Assembly (NCBI GenBank): GCA_035294125.1
Contig: DATGLM010000064.1
Span: forward strand, 29,885-93,884
Source: Ktedonobacteraceae bacterium
GTDB taxonomy: Bacteria > Chloroflexota > Ktedonobacteria > Ktedonobacterales > Ktedonobacteraceae
Direction of reading: 5' to 3'
Length of the DNA stretch: 64,000 bases
A program made the position numbers and the translations under genes. A model generated the notes under the pieces. That model was not told the origin of the DNA. It saw only the letters and a list, made by a program, of their open reading frames with translations, and did no database searches. This document shows positions 45,773 through 55,932 of this stretch, piece after piece. Position 1 is the first letter of the stretch, and each line of letters begins with the position of its first letter.

Positions 45773-46552
45773 CTATCCCGCACGTTTCGTTTCCAGGGAC
45801 TGCTCTTCGCGCATGCGCAGCAATACGTCAGCGAAGAGGACGATGGCGAAGGCGGCGGAGGGAATGACCAGTTGTGTCCAGGGATAGCGGCCAAGCAGTG
45901 GGCTGAGACGCAGATCATTGAGAATCATATTAGCGCCCGTCCAGGCCAGGACGAGCGCCGTCCCATCCAGCAGCCAGGGGAGTTTTCCGATCAGTTCGGC
46001 GACGAGCGCGCTGCCAAACATAAGGATAACGATGCTCAGCAGGCTACCCATGCTTGACACGGCAATATTGCCGCGTGCCAGCCCACCCACAGCGAGCACA
46101 TTATCCAGACTCATGGTTACATCAGCTACCAGGATGGTCAGTATCGCGGAGAGGAGGCTTGTAGTGGGTAGTTTCTCCACCGGCTTCCCGCCTTTTGCCG
46201 CGGGTAATTCACACTTCCCCTCCGTAGCTGGCCGTGCCTGGGTTGACGCAGTGTTCGCGGTCGATGACTTTTCCTTGCGCGTCGCCAGTAAACGGATAGC
46301 GATGAGGAGCAGCAGGAGGCCACCAAGCGCCTGTAAAAGGGGAAGCTGTAACAACAGGGTAGCCAGAATAGCGAAGATGAGGCGCAGGATGAGAGCGCCA
46401 CCGCCTCCGATGGCAATGGCGAGCCAGCGCTGCGGTTTCTGCAAACTGGCGGCGATGGCACCGATGACCAGCGCGTTATCCCCGCTCAGTATCAGATCCA
46501 CCAGCAGAATGCTGCCCATGACACCGAGTATATCCAGCGTAAACTCACTCAT
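45773..46552 (-). CDS. TerC-family integral membrane protein (YkoY/Alx-like)
   Basis: The duplicated TerC motifs DNALVIGA and SLDNVLAVG are present, with a Ser/Thr-rich central loop. Confidence 0.8.
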   Translation of the reverse strand: MSEFTLDILGVMGSILLVDLILSGDNALVIGAIAASLQKPQRWLAIAIGGGGALILRLIFAILATLLLQLPLLQALGGLLLLLIAIRLLATRKEKSSTANTASTQARPATEGKCELPAAKGGKPVEKLPTTSLLSAILTILVADVTMSLDNVLAVGGLARGNIAVSSMGSLLSIVILMFGSALVAELIGKLPWLLDGTALVLAWTGANMILNDLRLSPLLGRYPWTQLVIPSAAFAIVLFADVLLRMREEQSLETKRAG

Positions 46553-46689
46553 TTCCTGGCCTCATCCCAGGGAATCCTGTCATTCCTGCCAAAACGTATC
46601 CACTTATGTCATACCCTTTTATGCAGCAATAGTCACCAGCAAAAGTGCCTAAAACAAAGCCTGTAATTGTGCTGAGACCGAAGTATGCA

Positions 46690-46725
46690 TCACCATCATG
46701 TCATTCTGAGCGAGAGCGAAGAATG
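46690..46725. repeat. Copy of the dispersed palindromic motif in hairpin form (CATGTCATTCTGAGCGAGAGCGAAGAATGACAC)
   Basis: Located in the TerC 5' region, between divergent genes. Confidence 0.55.
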
Positions 46726-46822
46726 ACACGGATGGGCAGCCATCGTTTCGCTTGACGCGCTGGCTCTCCACCAATACAATGGAAAAGTCGGGTATCATCA
46801 ACATCGTATTGGGAGCAAATAT

Positions 46823-47677
46823 ATGGCTCAACCTATTCCGGTTGTGTTGTCTTATGTACAGGTCGCGCCGTTACTGGAGGCGCGGCAGAAAGGATTAGCG
46901 CAAATCGAAGCTTCGCCCGACCTGGGTTTGACGAAGGTGCTGGCGCGGATCGCTCCTGAAGGCGTGATTTTTCCAGGTGGAGAGCGACTGAACTGGGAGG
47001 ATATCGAAAAAATTCGGAAAGCTGAGTCCAGTTGTTTTCTCGTAGAGAACGGGACAGCCCATGCTATCCAGGTCTTCTCCGAGGAGACGAATCGGCTATG
47101 TACCCTCTATCCGACCGGCGGCGCGCCCAGCATGCTCATCGGCGGCTTCGTCATGCACCGTGTCAAGGACGTCGACCCGATGCAGGATACTCTGAAGAAG
47201 GTGCGCGCAATTGCCCCGCTCAGCGGGCGCGTGCTGGACACGGCCACCGGGCTGGGCTACACCGCCATCGAGGCCGCGAAAAGCGCCGACGAGGTCGTGA
47301 CGATTGAGCTTGACCCCGGCGCCCAGGAGATAGCGCGGCTCAACCCCTGGTCGCGGGCGCTCTTCGAGAACCCGAAGATCACGCAGCTCATGGGCGACGC
47401 CTTCGAGGTGGTGCCGACCTTCGAGGACGAGAGCTTCACCCGCATCATCCATGACCCCCCTGCCTTCAGCCTCGCTGGTCAGCTCTACTCCGGCGAGTTC
47501 TACCGCCAGCTCTACCGCGTGCTCAAGCGCGGCGGTCGCCTCTTCCACTACATCGGTGACCTCAACAGCAAATCGGGTGGCATCGTAACAAAGGGCGCGC
47601 TGCGCCGCTTGCAAGAGGCCGGTTTCACCCGCATCGCGCGCCATCCCGAAGCCTTCGGCGTCGTAGCCTACAAATGA
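46823..47677 (+). CDS. Class I SAM-dependent methyltransferase with (H)DPP(A/F) amino-methyltransferase motif (likely RNA base N-methyltransferase)
   Basis: Motif [17 protein letters not shown]; motif [10 protein letters not shown]. There is an N-terminal ~120-aa domain of unknown type. Confidence 0.6.
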   Translation: MAQPIPVVLSYVQVAPLLEARQKGLAQIEASPDLGLTKVLARIAPEGVIFPGGERLNWEDIEKIRKAESSCFLVENGTAHAIQVFSEETNRLCTLYPTGGAPSMLIGGFVMHRVKDVDPMQDTLKKVRAIAPLSGRVLDTATGLGYTAIEAAKSADEVVTIELDPGAQEIARLNPWSRALFENPKITQLMGDAFEVVPTFEDESFTRIIHDPPAFSLAGQLYSGEFYRQLYRVLKRGGRLFHYIGDLNSKSGGIVTKGALRRLQEAGFTRIARHPEAFGVVAYK

Positions 47678-47717
47678 TTTTTCTTACCTTCCCACCTGTG
47701 ATATAATCGCCTCAAAC

Positions 47718-48440
47718 TTGCAGGAACGAGGACAGACGAAGCAATTGAACGGGAATGAAAAGGCAAACGGCAACGGGAGCCAGCATGGTAATGCAAATGG
47801 CAGGGCATTGCTTTCACAGCTTCCTGTGCGCGCGGTGACAACAGGAACAGCGATAGCAATTGAGCAGTTTGCGACGGTTATTGAGAGCCTGCTCTTCGTC
47901 GCGGGCCGTCCTTTGGAGCGCGAAGAACTGCGCAAGCTGCTGGATGTCGACGATGCGACGCTGGGTGAGAGCCTGCGCGTGCTGGAAAACGACCTGGAGG
48001 GGCGGCGGCGCGGCATCCGTTTGCAGCGGCTGGGCGAACAGGTGCAGTTGGTGACGGCGCCGGAAAACGCCCGCTACGTGGCCGCGCTGCTCGGCCTGCC
48101 CATGACGGCGAAGTTGACGACGGCGGCGATGGAGACGCTGGCCGTCATCGCCTATCGCCAGCCTGTGACACGCGCGCAGATCGAGTCGGTGCGCGGCGTC
48201 AATAGCGACCGGGCGCTGGTCAGCCTGGTGCAGCACGGGCTGGTCGCCGAGGTTGGGCGGGCGCAGACAGTAGGACGTCCGGCGCTCTTCGCCACTACCG
48301 CCGAGTTCTTGCAGCAGTTCGGCCTGACCAGCCTGGATCAATTGCCCAATATCAACCTGCAACAATCCCTCCCGGCGGCGCTCTCGCCCAATGGGCAGGG
48401 GCAGCGTGTATCGGGGCAGTCAGACGAAGGAGACGAATAA
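47718..48440 (+). CDS. scpB: Segregation and condensation protein B (ScpB)
   Basis: Two winged-helix repeats (IESLLFVAGRPL...; ETLAVIAYRQPVTRAQIESVRGV...VGRPALFATT..FL). Confidence 0.75.
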   Translation: MQERGQTKQLNGNEKANGNGSQHGNANGRALLSQLPVRAVTTGTAIAIEQFATVIESLLFVAGRPLEREELRKLLDVDDATLGESLRVLENDLEGRRRGIRLQRLGEQVQLVTAPENARYVAALLGLPMTAKLTTAAMETLAVIAYRQPVTRAQIESVRGVNSDRALVSLVQHGLVAEVGRAQTVGRPALFATTAEFLQQFGLTSLDQLPNINLQQSLPAALSPNGQGQRVSGQSDEGDE

Positions 48441-49327
48441 TGCGTCTTGGTCGTCACATGCCTCTCAACGCGAAGCCAGTGCGGGCCGCGACCACCGCGC
48501 GGGAGATCGGCTGCGATACCATCCAGATTTTTGCCAGCAATCCCACCGGCTGGCGTCCTCCCAACGATGACCCGAAAGCAGCGCTCGCCTTCGCGGAGGC
48601 GGCCCGCCAGTACGGGCTTGAGCCGGTGGTCATCCACGCCCCCTACCTCATCAACCTGGCCTCATCTGAAGAAGAGATCTGGGGAAAATCGATCAACCTG
48701 CTGCGCTGGACGTTGCGGCGCGCCCCGCTGCTGGCCGCAAGCTCCGTCGTCTTCCATACGGGCAGCCACCGTGGCGCAGGGGTGGAGGTGGGAATTGCGC
48801 GCATAGCCGAAGCCATCCAGCGCATCCTGCCCGAGACGCCGCTGGAGGTTATGCTGCTGCTGGAAAACGATGTCGGCGCGGGCAACTCGCTGGGCCAGAG
48901 TTTCGAGCAGATCGCTATGGTGCTCGATCTGCTGCCACAATACACTGAACGGCTGGGCGTCTGCATCGACACCGCTCACCTGTGGGGCGCTGGCTACGAC
49001 ATCTCCACGCGCCAGTCAACGCTGGACATCCTGCAACACTTCGACGAGGTAATCGGTCTGCCCCGCCTCAAGGTTCTGCACCTCAACGATACCGAGAAAG
49101 CGCTGGGCAGTCACCGCGACGTGCATGCTCGTCTGGGCGAGGGTATCATCGGCGAAGAAGGCCTGCGTACCCTCCTCACCGACTCGCGCCTCGACCACGT
49201 GGCTGTGCTGCTGGAAACTCCTATCAAAACTACTGACGAGGACAAAGAGGACTGGGAACACGACAGGTTGCAGATAGCCCATGCCAGAAGCCTGATGCGC
49301 CCATACACTACGACTCCGGAACTGTAA
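48440..49327 (+). CDS. nfo: Endonuclease IV (deoxyribonuclease IV, Nfo; xylose-isomerase-like TIM barrel)
   Basis: Motifs IHAPYLINLAS, VFHTGSH, LLLENDVG and HLNDT. The start overlaps the scpB stop. Confidence 0.8.
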   Translation: MRLGRHMPLNAKPVRAATTAREIGCDTIQIFASNPTGWRPPNDDPKAALAFAEAARQYGLEPVVIHAPYLINLASSEEEIWGKSINLLRWTLRRAPLLAASSVVFHTGSHRGAGVEVGIARIAEAIQRILPETPLEVMLLLENDVGAGNSLGQSFEQIAMVLDLLPQYTERLGVCIDTAHLWGAGYDISTRQSTLDILQHFDEVIGLPRLKVLHLNDTEKALGSHRDVHARLGEGIIGEEGLRTLLTDSRLDHVAVLLETPIKTTDEDKEDWEHDRLQIAHARSLMRPYTTTPEL

Positions 49328-52300
49328 TTGTCACCCGGATTGTCAGCGGGCTGCCCTGCACCGTGTTGCCGGTTAAGGAATCGGTGGCCTGGATGGTGAC
49401 GGTGGTCGTGTAGACGCCGCTTGCCACGCCTGCTGTGCTAATGAGTAGGGGGATGGTGGCATTGGCTCCCCCGACAAGGGTGCCGGAAGAGGTCGCGAGC
49501 GAGAGGAAGGACGGCGCGTTGGCTGGGAGGGTGGCCGTCCAGTTCAATGATGCTCCCCCGATGTTCGCGATGGCGATACTTTGCGATGTCGTTGCTGTTG
49601 GAGAAGTGTTCGGCTGGGTAATGGAAATGCCTGGTTGCGTTGTGGCATTGCCCTGCTGGGTCGGGGTAGCGGGCGCGAGGGCGGGGGGCGCGAGCACGGT
49701 GAGGGCAACGCTCACCGTCTGCGGGCTGCCGAGCACGGTGATGCCATCGTCAACGGCGCTGAAGGAGATTGAGCCGCTGTAAGTACCGTCGGCCAGCGTG
49801 GTGGAGGCGATGCTGAGGGTGAAGGTCATGGTCGTCCCCGTCATGGTCGTTGGTCCGGGCGTGACCGCGAGCCAGTTTGAACCTGCTCCCTGCGTGATGG
49901 TGGGTGTGATGGTCAGGTTGCTATCGCAGGCTCCGCTGACGCTGACGGTAAAGGTCTGGGTGGAAGGATTTGCGCCATCCTCGGTCGTGAAGGTCGTGTT
50001 ATTTGTCAGTGCAGGCTGCAACGTACATGCCGCCTGCACGTTCAGTGCGACCGTAACGAGGATAGATGGCCCGACTGGCGCGCCGCTAACGCTGTCGGTG
50101 GCGCTGATCGTAATCGTTGCGTTCGAGCCGCCGGCTTGCAGCCCACTCGGAGAGACGGACACGCTGGTCGTCGCGGAAGCTGTGAGGCTGACTGTGCCGG
50201 AGGAGGGTGTCGTTGTCAGCCAGGTATTTGCGTTATTCCCGCCGCTCACTGTCGCTGTCCAGTTGAGGGCATTAGCACAGGCTCCGTTGGCCGTGATGGT
50301 CACGGGCTGGGCAGGAGGCGTCTGACCGCTGGCCACAGCGGTGAAGGAGAGAGCGGCAGGTGAGACGGTAATAGAGCAGGGCGCGGAGACCACGAGGGTC
50401 ACGGTCACCAGCTGCGGCCCACCGGAGATAGGCTGCCCGTTGCCATCCGTCCCATTCACGGTGATCGTGCCGCTATAGGTGCCGGGGATGATGGCTGGAG
50501 ACAATTTTACCCCTACCTTGATCGTCGCTGACTGCTGTCCAGATAAGCTCCCTGCTCCCTGCTTGACCGAGAGCCAGGAGCCGCCCACTGTTGTCGCGGC
50601 GACGGCGCTCCAGTTCAGTGTGCCGCTCCCTGTGTTGCTAATCTGCAATGCCTGGGCGGGTGGTGGTTTTTGTCCGGCTACGGCGGTGAAGGAGAGAGCA
50701 GCGGGAGTGAGGCTCAGACCGGGCGCAGTCGGCTCACCCACGCTATAGGTGACAGGCAGAGATTGCGTTCCTGCCTGCGAATTAAAGAGGATGGTGCCGT
50801 TGTACGTGCCGGGCTGCAAGCCTTTGCTCACTGCCCCAACCGAGAGTGTGGTTGGCGCTTTGCCACTGGTCATGCTAAAGGAGAGCCAGGAAGGCGCGCT
50901 TGCGATATTCCAGGCCTGCGAAGTCGTGCAGGCGGAAGAAAGCGTGAGGTTGACGGTCTCAGCCGTCGGGTCTGCCTGCTGGTAAACGCTGCTGTATGAG
51001 AGCATACCGGGTGAAATTTGCAGCGTACACTGTGGGAGGACAACGAGAGTAACAAAAACGCTTTGCGGGCTATTCTGTATAGGGTCCATCCCCTGGCTTG
51101 TAAAGTTCACGACGCCGCTGTAGCTGCCCGGCAGCAGAGAGGCTATGTTCACACCAACAATAATGGATTCGCTTTGACCATGCAGGGTCGTATCCGCTGC
51201 CGGAGAGACAGAAAGCCAGCCCGACTCGCTGCTCCCTGTACCTGTTGGGCTTGAACTGAGAGACGTGCTCCATTGCAAAGGCCGCATGCCTGGATTGCTC
51301 AGGGTCACAACCTGGGCAGGTGGATTTGTCGCGCCATCGGTAGCCGTGAAAGAGAGTACGGCGGGAGAAACCTGCAAGATGGCTTCGTGCGCCGGTTCAA
51401 GCGGCGTTACTTCCATACGAACCGAGAGGACAGCCTGTCCAGCGTTGGAGGTGAAGAGCACTTTGGCGCTATAGAAGCCAACCTCCAGGTTCGAGCGCGC
51501 TCCGGCAATGCGCACCACTGTGCTCTGCCCCCCGTTAATGGTTCCGTTCAAAGGCGAAAACTGGAGCCAGGGCTGCGTCGCGCTGGCATGCCAGGAGATC
51601 TGACCGCCGCCCACATTGCTTAGTATAATTGTGCGTGTGCTGTTCATCGTCTGATCGTCGGAACCAAGATCGAGCGAGGTGTTCGAGAGCAAGAGGTGCG
51701 CGGGTCGCAGCGAGGCGCTGTTACCGCTGACCTGAATGCTGAAGGAGGCCGTTTTATGCAGCGTACCGTCTTCAGCCTGGATGAGGTGTATTCCGGCCTG
51801 CCAGTTCTGGCTGACAATCACAGTATCGCTGAAGGTTCCATCGGGCTTTGCCACGAGTATGCTCTTGCCCTCTGTATCGAAGACAGAGATACCGCCATCA
51901 CGGGACAGACCCACATGAGCGTCGGGACTGAAATTAGAGCCGCGCAGCGTAATCACAGCGCCCAGCACCACATTCGATGGGGTCACCTGCAACGTCAGTG
52001 TGCCGTGATGTGGTGGAACTTGCGCCAGGATGATACCACGGCCCAGCGTGACGGCCAGCCCGGAAAGCCCTCCCATCACCGTAGCAGTCAGCGCAACCAT
52101 GCTCACCCAGAAAAACAACGAAGGCCGGAAATAACGCCTGAAACGGGACGTACGTCGCGCCCGATACGGGGGCCGCACATAGCGTGGAACAGGTGAAAAA
52201 GGCCTTGAAACAGGGGGCCGTGACAGCGTGGAGACGGGTCTGCCGTTCGCAAAGGCACGATGCGAGGACTGGTCGACCTCCTTATGCCAGTTCGTATGTG

Positions 52301-52415
52301 TTACCGTAAAAGGCTGCGTCGCGTCAGCTACTTCACGTGGTCCGGTAGGGTCACCGCAAGCCGGACAGTAGCGAGCATGTTCCGGCAGTGACTCACCGCA
52401 ATTCGTGCAGATCAT
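49308..52415 (-). CDS. Large cell-surface protein: N-terminal cytoplasmic zinc ribbon, single TM, then about 8 tandem BACON-like/Ig-like beta domains
   Basis: The likely start is MICTNCGESLPEHARYCPACG at 52415; the track ORF extends to 52589. The TM is LFFWVSMVALTATVMGGLSGLAV. The repeat pattern recurs about 8 times, for example ISWHASATQPWLQFSPLNGTINGG, LQWSTSL...GWLSVSPAA, LNWSAVA...WLSVKQGAG and LNWTATV...WLTTTPSSG. Confidence 0.65.
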   Translation of the reverse strand: MICTNCGESLPEHARYCPACGDPTGPREVADATQPFTVTHTNWHKEVDQSSHRAFANGRPVSTLSRPPVSRPFSPVPRYVRPPYRARRTSRFRRYFRPSLFFWVSMVALTATVMGGLSGLAVTLGRGIILAQVPPHHGTLTLQVTPSNVVLGAVITLRGSNFSPDAHVGLSRDGGISVFDTEGKSILVAKPDGTFSDTVIVSQNWQAGIHLIQAEDGTLHKTASFSIQVSGNSASLRPAHLLLSNTSLDLGSDDQTMNSTRTIILSNVGGGQISWHASATQPWLQFSPLNGTINGGQSTVVRIAGARSNLEVGFYSAKVLFTSNAGQAVLSVRMEVTPLEPAHEAILQVSPAVLSFTATDGATNPPAQVVTLSNPGMRPLQWSTSLSSSPTGTGSSESGWLSVSPAADTTLHGQSESIIVGVNIASLLPGSYSGVVNFTSQGMDPIQNSPQSVFVTLVVLPQCTLQISPGMLSYSSVYQQADPTAETVNLTLSSACTTSQAWNIASAPSWLSFSMTSGKAPTTLSVGAVSKGLQPGTYNGTILFNSQAGTQSLPVTYSVGEPTAPGLSLTPAALSFTAVAGQKPPPAQALQISNTGSGTLNWSAVAATTVGGSWLSVKQGAGSLSGQQSATIKVGVKLSPAIIPGTYSGTITVNGTDGNGQPISGGPQLVTVTLVVSAPCSITVSPAALSFTAVASGQTPPAQPVTITANGACANALNWTATVSGGNNANTWLTTTPSSGTVSLTASATTSVSVSPSGLQAGGSNATITISATDSVSGAPVGPSILVTVALNVQAACTLQPALTNNTTFTTEDGANPSTQTFTVSVSGACDSNLTITPTITQGAGSNWLAVTPGPTTMTGTTMTFTLSIASTTLADGTYSGSISFSAVDDGITVLGSPQTVSVALTVLAPPALAPATPTQQGNATTQPGISITQPNTSPTATTSQSIAIANIGGASLNWTATLPANAPSFLSLATSSGTLVGGANATIPLLISTAGVASGVYTTTVTIQATDSLTGNTVQGSPLTIRVTITVPES

Positions 52416-52682
52416 AATTTGCACGTCATCACCCCTATGGTAGTCATAGCACAGCGCTTGCTTGTAAGAATTACCTTCCCCTGATAAAGTGTACGTGGTA
52501 GCCTGATTGTTTGTCAATGAGTTCCAGCAGGTTTTTCGGGATGTTTCATCAAGTTCCCGAGCATATCGTGGAAAAGGGGTCACTTGCATATCATTCTAAG
52601 TGCAGTTCCGGGTGGTATGCAAGTGACCCCTTTTTTATAGCCTCCCGTTCCCAGGATATGCTCTGTCCGAGTAAAAAGTCCT

Positions 52683-54338
52683 TTAGACCGCGACGTTCGT
52701 GGAGCGGCTGTAGGGCTTTTCTGGGTCGATGAGGACGTTGATGCAGGCGGGGAGGCCGGAGGCAAAGGCGCGTTCGAGCGCGGGCCGGATGTCTTCGGGC
52801 CGCTCGACCAGTTCGCCATAGCCACCGAGCGCGGCGACCATTTTGTCGTAGCGTATGCCGGGGCTGAGTTCCGCTGCCGTGGCGTGGCCAAGAATGGCCT
52901 TCTGCGGGTGCTTGATCTGCCCCCAGGCGCCGTCGTTGCCGATGATGGAGACGACGGGCAGTTTCTGGCGCACCATGCTCTCAAACTCCATGCCGTTCAG
53001 GCCGAATGCGCCGTCACCGTGCAGAATGAGCACCTTCTGGCCGGGATGGGCAAGCTGCGCCGCCATCGCGAAGCCGGTGCCAGCGCCCAGCGTGCCCATC
53101 GGCCCCGCGTCGAGCCAGTAACCGGGCCGGTAGACGTTGATGATGCGCCCGCCATAGCTCACGATATCGCCGCCATCGCCTACTACCGTCGTATCCTCGT
53201 CGATAAAGTCGCGAATCTCGCGGCAGAGGCGCAGGGGGTGAATGGGCACGGCGTCAGAATGCAAAGCCGCCTCATCGCGCTCCTGCGACTTGCGCTCTGT
53301 CTCACGAATATAGTTCAACCACTCATCAGCCGGGCCTCCCTCGCGCTGTTGCGTGGCCTCGGCCACCTGGCTCATGCTCAGCCCGACATCGCCCACCAGC
53401 GCGGCGGCAGCGCCACGATTGACCCCGATGTCCTCGGCTGCGAGATCGAACCAGATCAGGTTGGCGTTGGCGGGAATGAGCGGGGGCTGGCCGTGATTGA
53501 GCCGGAAGTCCATGCGCGTGCCAATCGCCAGAATGGTATCAGCCCCTTCTAATGCCTTGCGGCGGGAGGAGCTGAAGAAAAGAGGGTGTGTCGGCGGCAG
53601 GCAGCCGCGTCCGGCTCCGTTGAGGTAAACCGGGGCGGAGATGCGCTCCGCCAGTGCGCGCAGCGGCTCGGCGGCATCGCACCACCAGACCGCTGTTCCG
53701 GCCATGATAACGGGTCGCTCGGCCTGCTCTAGAAGCTCAGCCGCCTTTGCCACCATCTGTGGGTCGGGGGCGATCTTGCCCGTGTAGCGGTAGTGTTCCG
53801 GCTCGCCCGGATCGAAAAGTGTATCGGTGTCGGCAAAGTTGTTGAGCACATCCATCGGCATTTCGAGGAAGACCGGGCCGGGTTTGCCACTCAGCATCTG
53901 TCGGAAGGCCGAGGCGGTGTACTCACCCAGGCGCGCGGTCTCATGCACCGTGCGCGCCCACTTCGTGATGGGGCGCAGCAGGTCAATCTGGTTCATCTCC
54001 TGCAGCGCGCCGCGATCCCACAGGCCGAGCGGGGCCGCGCCGCCGATGACCAGCACGGGGCTGCCCGCGAGATAGGCGTTGGCGACGCCGGTCACGCCAT
54101 CGGTGACGCCGGGACCTGCTGTCAGGAGAGCAACACCTGGCTTGCGCGTCACTTTGGCCCAGCCCTCTGCCGCGTGAACCGCCGCCTGCTCGTGGCGCGT
54201 ATCCACCACGCGGATGCCTTCGCGCATGCAGCCATCATAGATAGCGGCGATATGGCCACCGCTGAGCGTGAAGATCACTTCCACGCCCTCGCGCTTCAGT
54301 ATCTTCGCGACCAGCCAGCCTCCATGTATCAATCCCAT
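52683..54338 (-). CDS. Thiamine-pyrophosphate-dependent enzyme (acetolactate synthase large-subunit-like)
   Basis: TPP_enzyme_N (VEVIFTLSGGHIAAIYDGC...), a central domain, and a C-terminal GDGAFGLNGMEFE TPP-binding motif. Confidence 0.75.
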   Translation of the reverse strand: MGLIHGGWLVAKILKREGVEVIFTLSGGHIAAIYDGCMREGIRVVDTRHEQAAVHAAEGWAKVTRKPGVALLTAGPGVTDGVTGVANAYLAGSPVLVIGGAAPLGLWDRGALQEMNQIDLLRPITKWARTVHETARLGEYTASAFRQMLSGKPGPVFLEMPMDVLNNFADTDTLFDPGEPEHYRYTGKIAPDPQMVAKAAELLEQAERPVIMAGTAVWWCDAAEPLRALAERISAPVYLNGAGRGCLPPTHPLFFSSSRRKALEGADTILAIGTRMDFRLNHGQPPLIPANANLIWFDLAAEDIGVNRGAAAALVGDVGLSMSQVAEATQQREGGPADEWLNYIRETERKSQERDEAALHSDAVPIHPLRLCREIRDFIDEDTTVVGDGGDIVSYGGRIINVYRPGYWLDAGPMGTLGAGTGFAMAAQLAHPGQKVLILHGDGAFGLNGMEFESMVRQKLPVVSIIGNDGAWGQIKHPQKAILGHATAAELSPGIRYDKMVAALGGYGELVERPEDIRPALERAFASGLPACINVLIDPEKPYSRSTNVAV

Positions 54339-54365
54339 CGTAATTTCCCTTCCGGAGGCATACTC

Positions 54366-55562
54366 CTATTTCACGTAATCCATGGCGGCGCGGACCAACA
54401 CCTCAACGGCAACGGGCAGGGCGTCCTCATCGATGTTGAAGCGCGGGTGATGGTGCGGGTAGTTCGCGCCCTTCTCAGGATTGTTCGCGCCGACGATGAA
54501 GTAGCAGCCGGGAACGGTATCGAGGAAGTAGGCCATGTCGTCGCTGCCGGTCGTCATCACCTCCTCGCCATCGTCGACCGCCTGCTCGCCCACGGCCTCC
54601 ACCGCGGCTCTATGTACCATTTCGGTCATGGCCTCTTCATTGACACAGGGCGGGCAGCCATCGAAGAACCGCACCTCGCAGGAGCCGCCCATGGCGCTGG
54701 CGACGCCACTGGCGAGTTGGCTAATGCGCCGTATCAACTTCTCGCGGTGCTCCTGGCTGAAGGCGCGCATCGTCCCCTGCAATTCCGCCGTCTCAGGAAT
54801 GATGTTGAAGGCTGAACCCGCCTGTACCCTGCCCACCGTAATCACCGCCGGGCTGAACGGCGAGGTTTCGCGGCTGATCAGCGTTTGCAGGGCCGTGATG
54901 ATGTAAGCAGCGATGACGATGGGATCAACCGACTCTTCCGGCATGGCGGCATGACCACCCTTGCCGCGCGCGGTAATCACAAACTTGTCCGCGCTGGCAA
55001 AGACGGGGCCGGAACGCACGCCCACGCGCCCGATGGGGTAGTTGCTAATCAGGTGCAGGCCGATGATGCCATCAACGCCCTCCATCGCGCCCTCGTCGAC
55101 CATCGGTTTCGCTCCTCCGATCTGTTCCTCAGCCGGCTGGAAGACAAATTTGACGTTTCCATTCAGTTCGTCGCGGCGCTTGCTCAAAATAGCGGCCACA
55201 GCCAGCGCAATCGAGGTGTGTCCATCATGCCCGCAAGCGTGCATCTTGCCATCGACGGTCGAGCGATAATCGATCTCGTTCAGCTCGTGAATGGGCAGGG
55301 CGTCCATATCGGCGCGGATGGCGATGGTTTTCGCGCCCGGACCGCCCTTGCTGCCGCGCAGCAGGCCAACTACGCCCGTTTTTGCCACGCCGGTCTGTAC
55401 CTCCAGACCCAGCGCGCGCAGTCGCTGCGCCACAATACCGGAAGTGCGCACCTCCTCAAACGCCAGTTCGGGATGCTCGTGCAGGTCGCGGCGCAGCGCC
55501 ACTATATCAGGAACAATCTCATCAATGTCAGACTTCAGAGAATCCATGTTGGTATCAGCCAT
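54366..55562 (-). CDS. M20D-family amidohydrolase (N-acyl-L-amino-acid amidohydrolase/hippurate-hydrolase-like)
   Basis: Motifs LHEHPELAFEE, IRADMDALPI and HACGHDGH. Probably in an operon with the TPP enzyme, 28 bp downstream. Confidence 0.8.
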   Translation of the reverse strand: MADTNMDSLKSDIDEIVPDIVALRRDLHEHPELAFEEVRTSGIVAQRLRALGLEVQTGVAKTGVVGLLRGSKGGPGAKTIAIRADMDALPIHELNEIDYRSTVDGKMHACGHDGHTSIALAVAAILSKRRDELNGNVKFVFQPAEEQIGGAKPMVDEGAMEGVDGIIGLHLISNYPIGRVGVRSGPVFASADKFVITARGKGGHAAMPEESVDPIVIAAYIITALQTLISRETSPFSPAVITVGRVQAGSAFNIIPETAELQGTMRAFSQEHREKLIRRISQLASGVASAMGGSCEVRFFDGCPPCVNEEAMTEMVHRAAVEAVGEQAVDDGEEVMTTGSDDMAYFLDTVPGCYFIVGANNPEKGANYPHHHPRFNIDEDALPVAVEVLVRAAMDYVK

Positions 55563-55668
55563 TTTTCCTCCAGGAAGCTCGCTCCATTGCGAAACAAATT
55601 GCGACGCAAGAATCAGATAGCGTTTTGCGTAACCTTATCCTACCATATATTTACACGGTTTGGCAGTC

Positions 55669-55703
55669 ACTGAGAACGCCCGCTCAGAATGACATGCGCA
55701 GGC
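55669..55703. repeat. Copy of the dispersed palindromic motif (reverse orientation: GCATGTCATTCTGAGCGGGCGTTCTCAGTGAC)
   Basis: In the + strand this reads GTCACTGAGAACGCCCGCTCAGAATGACATGC, which forms a short imperfect hairpin. Confidence 0.5.
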
Positions 55704-55932
55704 CAATTTTCAATAGCTTGTTACAACGTTAGCAGTGAGACATAGTGGGCAACCAGGGCAGCCAATCAGGACGATTTCGCCCTATTTGGCTGTAGCAATA
55801 GCTGATGCTTTCTACTACCATTACCCTTATAGATGGTTAGATTACTGTGACTGACCTTGTTATAAGCAGCGAAGTTGGAAGCATATTTGCTTGACTGATG
55901 GAAAGATCAAACCTCATGAGCAAATCCTATGA

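Noticed and set aside
53793-54815. 340-aa + strand ORF
   Set aside because: It is antisense to the TPP enzyme and M20D genes.
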